64,000 bases of DNA from Cetorhinus maximus. Lineage: Eukaryota. The notes beneath the pieces are model-generated. The model was not told the DNA's origin. It made no database searches and saw only the letters and a list, made by a program, of their open reading frames with translations. Positions 1 to 37,362 of the stretch are shown here, piece after piece. The stretch lies in the NCBI RefSeq assembly GCF_964194155.1, contig NC_135896.1, forward strand, positions 94,488,001 to 94,552,000, in the 5' to 3' direction. The position numbers were made by a program, and so were the translations under genes. Positions within the stretch are counted from its first letter, which is position 1, and every line of letters starts with the position of its first letter.

Positions 1-999
1 AGCATCAGTTCCATGCTCATATCCTGCAGTGAGGTTCGAACCCTGCAACCATCTTTGGGAGTGCTCCCATTGAATCAAGATGACCACCTCTAAATACAAA
101 GAGCTTCTTGCTATAAATTTTATAAGAATGCTTTTCAGAAATTCCCCTCCATATCTATCAGCTAAACAATTTTGGTATAGGGGATGAAGATGCTCAGAGG
201 TGCTGTGTATAACAATGTGAACCTTTCCAAGTCAGACAAAATGTAAAAGATAGAAAGTAAAGTGCTGTGGGTAAATACCAAGTTCAAACATTAAACAGAC
301 AACTCTAATTATCTATAATGTTTTCTGTACCAGCAGATGAGTTCACATATTTCCACAAAGTTTGAGTTATTACCATGTCACACTGCACAGTATCTCAAGT
401 CCTGGCGTGTGACATAGAATGTATTAAAAAAAACAGTTCATAGGATGTGTACAATTCTTTATTGCCAATTCCTCATTGCTTTTGAGAAGGTGATTGGCCA
501 TCATCCTGAACCACTGTGGTCCTTGTGGAGATGTCAGATAGGGGATTACAAGGTCTTGACTCAACAATGTAGGAACAACAATAAATGTTGTTTGTTTTTC
601 CATGTCATTGTTTCCAACAGAACTCCATGATAATCTAACACTATCTTGTGGTCCATGCATCTTTTTTTAAAAAGTGCTAATTGTAATGCTCGAGATCCAT
701 TAAGGGGCATACTCTAGTTATGCACAAGCATTTTCATAGCAAGTACGATGAGGGACAAAGGGATAGAAGACTATATAGACAGGCAAGGTGAAGTACATAG
801 AGCATGAGGAGACTAATGTGGAGCAAAAGGACAGCCACATAAACCAGTTGGATTAAATGGCCTGTTTCTATGCTGTAAATTCCATGTAATTTTTATACAG
901 TACTATACCGCATGACAACTATTTGATTTGTTGCAAGTTGTGAAAATAACCTAAAAAGAGAGACTGGGTTTTATTTGGTGGTAACAGGCATAGCACACA

Positions 1000-1333
1000 T
1001 AAATAAAAGCAAAATATTGCAGATGCTGGAGCTCTGAAATAAGAATAAAATGCTAGAAAAACTCATGTCTGGTAGCATCTGTGGAGAAAGAAACAGTTAA
1101 TGTTTCGAATCCAATATGACACTTAGAAAAAGCAAAACACTGCAGATGCTGGAAATCTTAAATAAAAACAGAAAATGCCGGAAATAGTCAGTAGGTCAGA
1201 CAGCATTTGTGGAGAGAGAAACAGAGTTAACATTTCGAGTCCATATACCTCTCCTTCAGAGCTTTTCCAGCATTTTTTCCAGAGCTTTTGCAGCATTTTC
1301 TGTTTTTATTCCAATGTGACTCTTCTTTGGAAC
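1000..1333 (-). mobile_element. Two nested short Penelope-derived elements (family 1); inner copy 1125-1310
   Basis: Two copies of the GCAGATGCTGG...GTTTCGA motif. The inner copy is flanked by CCAATATGACACTT (1111-1124) and CCAATGTGACTCTT (1311-1324). Confidence 0.75.
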
Positions 1334-1835
1334 ATATATATGGTACACATAAGGGGTGGTTGTGTGCATTCTGAACAAATTATGCAGAGAATGACTTTTG
1401 TTAAAATGTAACTGGTTCTTACATGTTTCTTAATGCATAACTCCCACACTGTTCATTTGAGTTAATAAAAAAAAATTCCTTCATAAAATACCCATTTTTG
1501 ATAGTCTCAGTCTGCAACAGTAGATTGCAACATTTTGGAATATTGTTTGGCGCAGTTACATCAATCGGCTGTCTCTGGTATAACTTCCCACAAGCAGATA
1601 CTCGCAATTTCTCTTTAGTTTCTAGCCTGTGAGTTCCTTTATTTGGAAATGGGTGAATGATTCAACTTGGGAAACAGGCCGGTTCCCTTAAAGCGGGTTT
1701 TCCTAACCCAAAATTAAAAACGCTGCACTCATTGATCTTCCAGAAATCCCGGGAAACCAGTTTTCCAGGGCAAAGTACTAAACTAGAATCCAACCCTGCG
1801 ATGGCCGGGCACCGTAACCAAAATCTGATACTCAC

Positions 1836-1876
1836 ATCCGCGATGGAAAGATCTCAATCCTTTCCTTGCCTGACAT
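1836..1876 (-). CDS. ATP6V1D: V-type proton ATPase subunit D, first coding exon (MSGKERIEIFPSRM...); rest of the gene lies left of the window
   Basis: Reverse complement reads ATG TCA GGC AAG GAA AGG ATT GAG ATC TTT CCA TCG CGG AT|GTGAGT, a 41-nt exon with a perfect donor at 1835-1830. The peptide matches the vertebrate ATP6V1D N-terminus (MSGKDRIEIFPSRM). ATP6V1D is the known head-to-head neighbour of EIF2S1. Confidence 0.95.
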
Positions 1877-2074
1877 GTTTGCTTATTCGGAGAGGAGGAA
1901 GGGGGGGTGGGGAAATAATCCAACAGCTGGTGGAAAAGAGGAAGAAAATCCTCTAAATCTACGAGGAGTATCCAGTGACCTTCAGCAGGCCATGAACCCC
2001 AGTCTTGCTCCTGTTGATTAATTTTTTCACTCTGGATCCTCCAGTTTGTCTCCCTCGGATCAGCTGCTGGCAAA

Positions 2075-2084
2075 GTCACGTGAC
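2075..2084. promoter_or_regulatory. CLEAR element (TFEB/TFE3/MITF E-box palindrome)
   Basis: Exact GTCACGTGAC ~200 bp upstream of the ATP6V1D start codon. V-ATPase subunit genes are established CLEAR-network targets. Confidence 0.75.
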
Positions 2085-2537
2085 ATGGGGACGTGACCCT
2101 TGACCCCTCCCCTTAATGTTAACTTTTATCGAACATTTCGGGTGCGGACTTTTTTTTAAAAAAACACGTTTCTAATCGACAGGTTGTTGTTTGCTTCAGT
2201 AACACAGTGCCTCGCTTTTTATCTCTCTCTCTCTCTCTCTGGGCGCTACGAACCCTCAAAACTCCTTCACCAAGATGGCGCCGGCACAGCTTCACTGCCC
2301 TGGCGCATCTCTGCCTCCCCCTTCCATTTCCAATCGTCCCAGAGCACTTGATAGTGAAGATCTAACAGAACTATCACGTCAGAAGGCTGAAAAGGTGTGT
2401 TGTTGGGGCTGCTGGGGGAGGAGGGGGTTCGCGCCTCATAAATGTCACAAATCAGTGCGGCGCCGCCATTTTGACAGGAGTCTTCAACGGAACCCGATGT
2501 AACCTCCGCCCCCGAGTTTCCGGTCGTAGGAAGAGCC

Positions 2538-2686
2538 TGCGGGGCAACAGAAACGGCACTGCGCCTGCGCAGCAACGGCGTGCGGGGCAACGAAAACGGC
2601 ACTGCGCCTGCGCAGGAGGGGAGTGCGGGGCAACGGAAACGGCAGTGCGCCTGCGTCGGAGGGGAGTGCGGGGCAACGGAAACGGC
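2538..2686 (+). repeat. 43-bp promoter minisatellite, ~3.5 copies, each with GGGGCAAC and an NRF1-like site
   Basis: TGCGGGGCAAC recurs at 2538, 2581, 2624 and 2667 (period 43). TGCGCCTGCGCA lies at 2560 and 2603, and TGCGCCTGCGTC at 2646. Confidence 0.92.
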
Positions 2687-2699
2687 GCCAAGCAGAGAT

Positions 2700-2789
2700 T
2701 GGGCCCAAGGCAGCGGATCCCCCCCCTCCCTTCACAGCGGCACCCGAGCAGCAACAGCAGCAGCAGTGTTGCCCACACATTCCGTTCAG
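2700..2789 (+). other. EIF2S1: EIF2S1 non-coding exon 1 (5' UTR); start position approximate
   Basis: Donor CAG|GTAGGT at 2789/2790, with an alternative TAG|GTGAGG 4 nt later, at the edge of the CpG island. Exon 2 begins 1 nt before the ATG, so an upstream non-coding exon is required. Confidence 0.7.
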
Positions 2790-3312
2790 GTAGGTGAGGC
2801 CTGGAACTGCCCTTTCACACCGGGGTCGGCGGCTACCGCCGTCCCTCCCTCCCTTCCCGACTAACTAACTGGCTGGGAATGAGTGAGTCCAGGCTCCGGC
2901 CTAAACCCAACACGTTGCTCACGGTCACACTTTTTGAGTCCTCAGCTCGGCCTTCACCCAGGGGATCCTGCCCCAGGGGGACAGTCAGTGTTTATAACCC
3001 GGCCTTTAACCCCCGTTCCCAGTCTGTGGGTGAAATGTGACAGATTCACCCTGTTGCCCGGCTCCAGGAGTTCATCATTGCCTCACATTTTCCAGCCTTC
3101 TCCTCACTCTCCATTTTCCACTCCCAACTACCCTGAGTGTGGCCGTTCCTAAGTTTACATTTTCCTGCTGCGTCTGCCCACATGCAGCCAGGATTGTTGA
3201 AGTTCCCAAGATGAAGCAGGGCAGTTTTGATTGCATCATTCTAAAAAGTGAAGTCCCAGGGGATGAAAGGCTCCACTCCCCATGATACTAGTAATAGTAA
3301 TAATAATAATGT

Positions 3313-3420
3313 TGGACTCGAAGCGTTAACTCTGTTTTCTCTCTCCACGGATGCTCCCAGTTTTTCCAGCACTTTTTCCTGTTTTTATTTCAGATTTCCA
3401 GCATCTGCAGTGGTTTTTTT
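3313..3420 (+). mobile_element. Penelope-derived pLTR 3' fragment (family 1)
   Basis: GGACTCGAAGCGTTAACTCTG...GATTTCCAGCATCTGCAG, the same end as the larger copies. Confidence 0.7.
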
Positions 3421-4599
3421 TCCCCCCCCCCCGTTTTTTTTTTAATATCTCAATCCCACCTCCCCATGTCTTTAATTTCATTCAGTGGTCAGGGAGCATC
3501 CATCCTTTTTTTTTCGGCCAGCTCTGTCGGTTTAAAACTAGACTAAGTTTGGCCTAAATTTCCAATTTTTATTTTGTCAGACCCGATCTTTGAGAATGAG
3601 GACATTTTGTGGAGATTTTCATGTTTTGTCTTGAATAGAATGAAGGATTTAAGCAAAGGGGGGGTGGTTGTGTTAGCAAATAGAGTTGTCTCACTGCTGG
3701 CTGGTTTTCAGTTTTCTGATTATCTGTGGACAGTGTGGATTGTTTATTTGTGCGGTCTCCTCATCTGTGCTTTTTTTTCCCCCATAAGTCATTTAACCTG
3801 AAAATTAGTGATGCTAGTGAGGATTTGATGGTGAAATATATTCCATTTGAAGCCAGAAGTATACCATGAGGTGCATGTATGCCACAAAAAAGGGGCAGAC
3901 ACACTATCAATCTAAACTGTTGTTGGCTGACTGCTCATCAGGATTTTTAATTGGAATTTATTGAGAAACCTGAAGCCACATTCATTGCATTGCATCAATG
4001 TGCATTCTGTAGTCCTGGTCCCATGGCTACATTGTAATTTCTCACATGGATTCAGCATTGGAATAACTACACATACACAAACTTCTCGTGATGGAGAGCT
4101 TCTACTAACCAACGTCACCATGTTTTCTTGGTACTTTATATACCAGGGAATTTAATGGCAATGGAACTGCGCGCGTGTAGTTGTGGCGATGTTGCCAATT
4201 TTCTATTTTTGCTAGATTTCCTACAGTGTTTGTAAGGTTCACGTAGTAACGGCAAACTGCTTTGCTGGCTTGTTTGGTCAAGCCAAGAGCTCAGCCTTAT
4301 ATGCCTAAAAACTGTGGACCTCATGGAAGTGCAACCGGTGGTAGCATCTTTGATACAAGTGACATTTTGCTGTCAAGAGTACTCTGCCTCATTGTCTCCA
4401 TGGCAGCATCAGTGCTGGACCTGTTGTGCTACAAGCATTATTTTTAGCACATTTGCCTCTGGGCCAGAAAGCTTTGGGCTCATGCCCCACTATTGTCCAG
4501 AGCATAAGATCTAGATTGACAATTCACTGCAGTACTGAGAGAAGAGTGCATTGTCAGCTGTTACCTTTTGCATGAGAAGTTAGGTTTGAGATACTGGGA

Positions 4600-4777
4600 T
4601 AAAAACAAAAAACTACTGCGGATGCTGGAAATCCAAAACAAAAACAGAATTACCTGGAAAAACTCAGCAGGCCTGGCAGCATCGGCGGAGGGTCATGAGG
4701 ACTCGAAACGTCAACTCTTTTCTTCTCTGCCAATGCTGCCAGACCTGCTGAGTTTTTCCAGGTAATTCTGTTTTTGT
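4600..4777. mobile_element. Palindromic short Penelope-derived element (family 1) with 15-bp TSD
   Basis: TSD TTTGAGATACTGGGA at 4585-4599 and 4778-4792. Inverted arms CCTGGAAAAACTCAGCAGG / CCTGCTGAGTTTTTCCAGG. Confidence 0.85.
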
Positions 4778-7636
4778 TTTGAGATACTGGGACCATTTCC
4801 CCTGGCACAGAGAAGACGAAGAGGAGAAGGTTTAAAATTATGAAGGGTTTTGAGACAAGTAAGTAGGAAAAGACTATATTTTCTAGTTGTGGGGCAGTGT
4901 TAGGAGATGGGGGTTAATTTAAAACAGTTAGGAGAGTTAGAATAAAGTTTCAGGAACATGCAATGCTTTGTGATAGGGGGCAGCCGAAGCAGAGGCCATT
5001 GCATCTTTTAATGGAAGAGAGAAATGTTTGAAGGTACAAGACTTGTGATAAATAAGAGTAATGGGATTAGTTTTCAATTGTTCTAGCAACAAGTTGGATC
5101 AGCCATTTCACCAAAATGCCTCCCCTTGTATTGTAAACTCCTGTGGTTCTATGTTCCCACTGCACCTACTAACCTTTCCAATATCAAGGTAATTTCACTT
5201 GTAAAAAGAAAGCATCAGCTAGCACAAACCAGAATATTTCAGCTTCAGTCCCATTTGTGCAAAGTCAGCTGACCTCAGCACTATGAAAGAAACACAAAAC
5301 AAAACACATCAGATGTCAATTGCCTTCCATTGACGTGTCTGGAAAATAAATGCATTCATGGACACTTGGCAATAACAGGATCTGCCCGGCTGTAACATCC
5401 CCTGTTGTCAGTTTCAAAGAATGGTTAATTTGGTGATATATCAGAAGGTGGCCATGAAACTCTTATTAGTGGGAGGTAAACAGGCAAAAAAGCTGTAGAG
5501 CTACGTTTCTTCTAGTTAACAATCATTTGCAAAAATTATATTTCAGACACACAATCGGTTGCTGGTTGACTAGCAAAATGCTAGTTAATTGACAGTGCTA
5601 TGTGTATTTTGTTATGCATGTTCACAACTAAAATGCAGATAATCTGTAAATTATTCCAACAGCCCAAAGCAGCATTCCTTATCCTTCCAGCAGAACCAAC
5701 AAAAACCTTGCATATTTAACCAATTTGTTGAAATGCTGCTTGCAGCCACTAAAATGATAGCAAGTGAACTGCAAAAATGCACAAATTAAGCAAGAATTCT
5801 GGTAACCTGGAAATCATCTGTGAGAGGTTCCAATCCTGTTTACCCAAGTGAATAATTGACACATTATTTACTGCTTCCTCAATACAAAATCCCTAGTGTG
5901 CACATTTTACAAACCGGGATTATGGATAATGACGAACAGGGAAAGACCCTCTGGTTTATCTATTCTAGACTGTCCCACTGTATCACAATGTAAACACTAT
6001 TGAGGGTAATTAGAAAATCTGAATTTTGGGGAGAGTTTCCTGCTCTTCCTCAAATAGTGCCATAGAATATTTTACATCCATCTTGACAGGCAAACATGGT
6101 TTCACTTCTCATTAATTTATAGTTTGCTATCATTTAACATCAGTCTGGTCAGTCTATGCTTCACATTTTCAGTTATTTTATTGCCCTTTTTATAGAAGGG
6201 TCCCCAAAACTCTACACTGTACTCTAACTGATGTAACAATTCCCTCGCACAAGCTCTTATACTCTATTAATAAACCCCAAATTCTTTTTTAAATGATTTT
6301 ATATACATGCATCAAACTTTCAAATGATTATTATCACGCTCCTTGTTTTTCTGCATTAATTGGCAATTATAACAGGCAGCAATTGCTGATGCCAAATGTC
6401 ATCACTGTTAGTTTCCTGGCCCATGTTAGTGAAGAACAATTTTTCATTTCAAGCAACTGCTTTCAAATCTTGTTTTTTTTACAAGTTTTTGGAGATTGAG
6501 AAAATAACCAAGAACTGCTGAAGTAGATTGATAACTTACCTGACCAGAAGGACATATTCTACCACGGTTTCTGCTAAATGTTGAGCATCTTTGTCATTGT
6601 ATTTCTTGTTTTTCATTGTAAGATACAAGCACTCTCCCCAAGCATTGATCAAGCATGAAGCTTGATGGTGAATGTCAGAAGCCTACCAGCCATTCACACA
6701 ATATGCATTTGGCAGGGACCCTGAATAAAGACCAGGACTGAGAACCTGAGCTGGTTTTCCCCTCACAGGCCCAAACTCACTAACATGAACAGGAATTTGC
6801 CCCTCGAGCATGTTTCACCATTCATTGAGATAATGGCTGATCTGTGAGATAATTCCATATACCTGCCTTTGCCTCATTTCCCTTAGATTTTTGTTAACCA
6901 AAGATTTTATCAATCTCAGGTTTAGAGTTAACAATTAATCGAACACTAGTTGCCATTTGCAGAAAGATGTTCCAAACTCCCGCTGCTTTTTGTATGTGTA
7001 AGTCTTTCCTAATTTCACTCCTGAAAAGCCTGGCTCTAATTTTTCGATTATGCCCCTTAGTCCTAGATTCCCCAGCCAGCAGAGATGCGGTATGTTGGGG
7101 GAAACTATCTGCTCCCTTAATATCTTGACAAATTGTAGAATGCCATCTGCTGCTATGCTTGGATCAGTGAATGGGTCAAGTATCTGCCTGGTTTGTTTGG
7201 CGCCACTTCATGCTGGATGAACTCATTGATCTTAAGGGGAGTGGGAAACCATGATATTAAGTATGCACTGTACACCTTTCCAAAAGATGAATATAAAATG
7301 GTTCTAAATATCAAGGAGTGGTTCAGCATTCATTAAAGCTGCAAACAAGCAGAATTTAGTTGCTGCAATCATTGAAATGTCCTTGTTTTGGGCTTTCATA
7401 AGTTGCCTCAACAGTTAAACACACTGCGAAAGAAGCAGATTCTCTGGAAGCAAAACACTTTGTTGCCCTGATCTTCTGTAAATCTAGAATGTATTAATCT
7501 AGAATATCTTTTTATCCTTGTGTTGGATTCCTTTGAAGTTCCCAGGCTGAAATGCTATCATCTCAAACTGCATGGTGGCTGTCAAGAGGCATTTTCACTG
7601 TCAGTGTCACTTTGTGTTCCAGTCAGTATGCAATGA

Positions 7637-33774
<26,138 letters not shown>

Positions 33775-33892
33775 TTAGCTGCTGAACACAGGACACTGAT
33801 GAGGGAAATACACAACTCCATTCATAATACAGACTCCAAAGCTATCAATATTGGCCGTATACAAAAGACTTCATGCAAGAGTATTTCACTTT

Positions 33893-34090
33893 TCATTTAC
33901 ATAGTTTGTGATCTGGAATTGTTCTGGTACCTTCTATTTTTCACCATTTCAATAGACATTGTTTCAAGCTATTTACATAGTTTACATTGTGATCGAGACT
34001 TGTTCCAGGCCATTTACATAGCTTGTAATCACAAACTATTCTGGTACCTTTTGTTTTTCACAGTTTCAATAAAAAAATGTTCCAAGCTGA
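33893..34090 (+). repeat. Degenerate internal duplication in the EIF2S1 3' UTR
   Basis: ATTTACATAG occurs three times (~33895, 33971, 34012). The block ...TTCTGGTACCTT...TTTTTCAC..TTTCAATA occurs twice, about 117 nt apart. Confidence 0.75.
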
Positions 34091-34319
34091 CTCAATTTTT
34101 TGGGAAGCTGTAACCCACAACCCTGGTGTTAAGATGATGCATTGGAGAACAAGTTGAGTGCCTGGTACATTTACAGCAGGAATTTTCTAAATTGCAACAC
34201 TTGAAAATCGCTAACTATATTATCACACTGGAGTTTTACAAGGATGTGGGTTTGTGGGAGAGAGGAAAAGGCTTTTTTGAGCAAGATTGTATTCTGAACA
34301 TTTAACAAAAAATAATAAA
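34068..34319 (+). terminator. EIF2S1: Candidate EIF2S1 polyadenylation signals (AATAAA at 34068-34073 and 34314-34319)
   Basis: Canonical hexamers ~300 and ~540 nt after the stop codon, with U/GU-rich sequence downstream. Which one is used cannot be determined from sequence. Confidence 0.6.
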
Positions 34320-34928
34320 CATTGGTAAAATGCAGTGACCTTTGTGAATCTCATGCCGTTAAACTTTTTTTCTCACCTGCATTCTGACACATTGCATTTA
34401 CACACTGCATGACAAATCATGGTCATCACTAACAAGTTTCAGAGCAGCCAAGCTACAGTTTTCTACACGTTCAAATTTGAAGCCCAAATACAGAGTGACT
34501 TAAGTTCTTTTTTCCACTTGCAAAACTCTTTCTGCGTTTTGATCCTGTATCACAACTTGGCAGTAATTGTGTAAAATTTGATATACAACTCAGAACCACC
34601 CAAATATATTTAACTTTTTTACATTCTGAAAGGGAGCTTTTACAGTACCTAACTAATTTATTACTTAATATTCCCAAGTTATCCCATTACACCTGTAATA
34701 TTTTATGAGCTGCTGAGTTGTGGTGTATGGGCCCTAGTAAACTAGAAATGGTGAAGTTTGATGTTTGTTGAGCCTGGCAATGTCCAAGCATTGCACCTTT
34801 TTCAATTAAACAAAAGCATAGCTGTTCCCTGGTGCATTCTCCATGGAAGTGCTTCGACCAAACGAATCAGCACCCTTTTCTCATGTAGAATAAATTGTTG
34901 CTGCCTTTGAAATTTGGCATTCTCGCAT

Positions 34929-34964
34929 CTGTCCTGATGAGTACAAGGCGAAAAGCTTAGACAG
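34929..34964 (+). ncRNA. Minimal type I hammerhead ribozyme motif (within a family-2 repeat at ~34790-34990)
   Basis: CTGTC-CTGATGA-GT(ACAAG)GC-GAA-AAGCTT-A-GACAG. Helix I is CUGUC/GACAG, the core is CUGAUGA plus GAAA, helix II is 2 bp, helix III is the palindrome AAGCUU, and the NUH triplet is UUA with predicted cleavage after 34959. Confidence 0.7.
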
Positions 34965-36279
34965 CATGTTTTATTTTTCAGCAATACCTGACTAAATGTT
35001 ATATTTCATAGCAAATTTATAAGTTCCTGAGTTTTGACAATGATAGCTGGATTAGAAATCTGCAGCCTGCTGTTGAATTTTTGCCCACGCTGTATGATTG
35101 TCCTACGAGATGTTACTATCGTGCCTCATTGGTGGATGTCTCGATATCCAAAATATGGGCTGTAAACCCTATGCCAGCTAACTGCCTATTACCAAAACAA
35201 AGTCATTAATACCCAAGTGTGCACAGTAACAAGGAGCAGTTGTTAAATGCAAAGTGTTAAATGAACACCTAAAATTCCGAGCCATCCTGAGCCAACAGTA
35301 TTTAACTATGGTCATTGCATTCACTGTTCCCTTCACTAATAATGATTTTCTGATCCGAGCCAGTGTGGAAGAAGTTACAAGCTACTTTCTTATGTAGTTA
35401 GTGTTAATGCTTGCTGCAAATTGCTTATTAAATTGCATTCCCAGTCTATGGTGGGAGATGAAGTTAAATTTAATGCAGCTGTTAAGTAAGCCATTATTCA
35501 ATTGATGGCTTTGCTGTGAACTATAAAATGCTCAAAAATTGTAATCCAGTTGATATACAGCAGGGGTTGGCTAGCAGGCCACACCTGGGTATAAAAATTG
35601 TATGGGGACATAAATACTCAATCAAGCAATTAAAATAAAGACATTTGGTACAAGTGGACAACTTTTATTATGATTATGCCATCATAACAATGCATTACAA
35701 TAATTAAAATGTATGTCCATTTCTCACGCCCTCTTGGATAAATGTGAACCCTCTTTACAATGGCATCTATGTTTAGTGTTATTCTTGTTGCAGAAATTGC
35801 AATAAGGAGCCGCAATGCTGGTCAGTTAATTGGGATCTATAGTGAGATTTGTTGTATTTCAGCATGGAAAATGTTTGTTCACATACATAGTTGGAGCTGA
35901 ACAAACCAAGGATTCTGTGCCACCATGTGGATATTTGGGAACTTAGATTCACTTCAGGAAGCGTAAAGCTCCTCCAGTTTTCCTGGATTGTATTTTTCCT
36001 TGAAGGTGGTACCTTACTGTTAATGATATTATGTCAACCCTTCCTATTGTATTCTTGCATTCCCTGTTCCTCCTGCATGCTAAGCAGTTTATGGGAATCT
36101 TGTCTTTATTTTTTCCTGATTACTCGGTGTTAAGGAAACAATGGATTGTAGCCAGAGAAGGTGAAATGAAGTCAGAAAATTGATGTAGAGAGGTCCAGAT
36201 AGTCAGTTTTCTACCGGACAGCCATAACAACGCTTGATGTTCTGAGTTAATCAAGTATTTGAATCTAGATCTTATCTGA

Positions 36280-36425
36280 AAGAAGGCATCTCTGGCAGCA
36301 CAGCATTCCCTCAGTACTGACCTGGAATATTAGCCTTGACATTTGTGCTCAAGTCCTGGAGTGGGACTTGAAGCTGGAAACATCTGACTTGGAGATGAGA
36401 AAGCCATCAACTGAGCCACTGCTGT
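36280..36425 (-). mobile_element. SacSINE1-like SINE 5' fragment (tRNA head)
   Basis: The reverse complement gives GTGGCTCAGTTG...TTCAAGTCCCACTCCAGGACTTGAGCACAAA...CAGTACTGAGGGAATGCTG. Confidence 0.65.
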
Positions 36426-36591
36426 TGTGGAAATTTTGTTTTCCCTTGAGAATACGAGCCGGTGTTTAAAATGCACAGTTTGTCAGGATTCATCCATTGA
36501 AGTGGAAGGACTTTGTCATGCCTAGTCCACGCTCATCATGCTGTATTATAAACTTTTAGTTGATACTGTTAAAAACTGGGCACAAACAAGT

Positions 36592-37362
36592 TGTTAAGAT
36601 GGCTGCCACAAATCATGTGACTTTTGGCATTTGGACTATACACAGTATCAAGTCTATGGCACATACCTAATTAAATATGGACATAGGTGAGAGTACCTCA
36701 CAACCATTTGTGGCATTCACATCTCATTGTTTAAGAATGGGCCAATACCTAATGACAATAGAATTTTCAGACTGCCTGTCTCTATATTTAATGGACAAAA
36801 GGGAAGATGGAAACTCAATGGCCACTGTCAGCTTCCCATTATTGTATCGCGATGGCCTTCCCCACCCAAACTAGACTGGGCGAGCCTCAGAACTGTTAAT
36901 CCAGCGGACTCTGAAATTAGCTGCAAATCATCGAGCAGCCGAAGTACTTAACCTGTTCTAGCTTCAAAGTTCCCATGAGAACCAACCTCCTGGATATTTG
37001 ATTACAAGAAACCTCGCAACCTGATGTGAACCCTTCACTTAAATCATCAAATAAGTTCAAGAAACCACATGCCAGGCAACGGGAGAACAGAAATCATAAA
37101 TCAGAAACTGGATTAACTGTAATGTGTAAAAGTGCACTATCTTTAACTATATCCAAACTTTGTGCGCGTGCATGCGTGAGACTGTGTGACGTGTCAATTT
37201 GAGGTAAGTGTGTGAGAATAAATAACATTTTTAAACTCATGAAAGCTTGCTGCTGATTTATTTAATTGGGATACACATGCCAAAGGGTAAGAAAAGGCAC
37301 ACTTCTCGCCATACAAAACATACTGATTACGGGCAGTAAGAGAACCAATGCATTGTCTGACA
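36592..37362 (+). mobile_element. Possible solo LTR
   Basis: TG...CA-like ends and an AATAAA near 37218 after a (GT/GC)-rich tract. No convincing TSD was found. Confidence 0.35.

Larger units (their letters stand above)
1877..2789. promoter_or_regulatory. Bidirectional CpG-island promoter shared by ATP6V1D and EIF2S1
   Basis: The only long CpG-dense, non-transposon stretch in the window, lying between two divergent first exons. Contains GTCACGTGAC (2075-2084), DR1 TGACCCTTGACCC (2094-2106), YY1-type CAAGATGGCG (~2271-2280) and GCCGCCATTTT (~2462-2472), and NRF1-type TGCGCCTGCGCA repeats. Confidence 0.88.

Noticed and set aside
1-1829. ATP6V1D exon 2
   Set aside because: No minus-strand sequence encoding AQTIMKARLKGAQ-like residues was seen; the region is intron 1.
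2538-2686. CRISPR-like appearance of regularly spaced repeats
   Set aside because: Units are contiguous tandem copies without unique spacers, the context is a vertebrate promoter, and there are no cas genes.
2267-2864. Several overlapping 75-111 aa ORFs on both strands
   Set aside because: Artefacts of the GC-rich promoter and 43-bp repeat. The peptides are low-complexity and resemble no known family.
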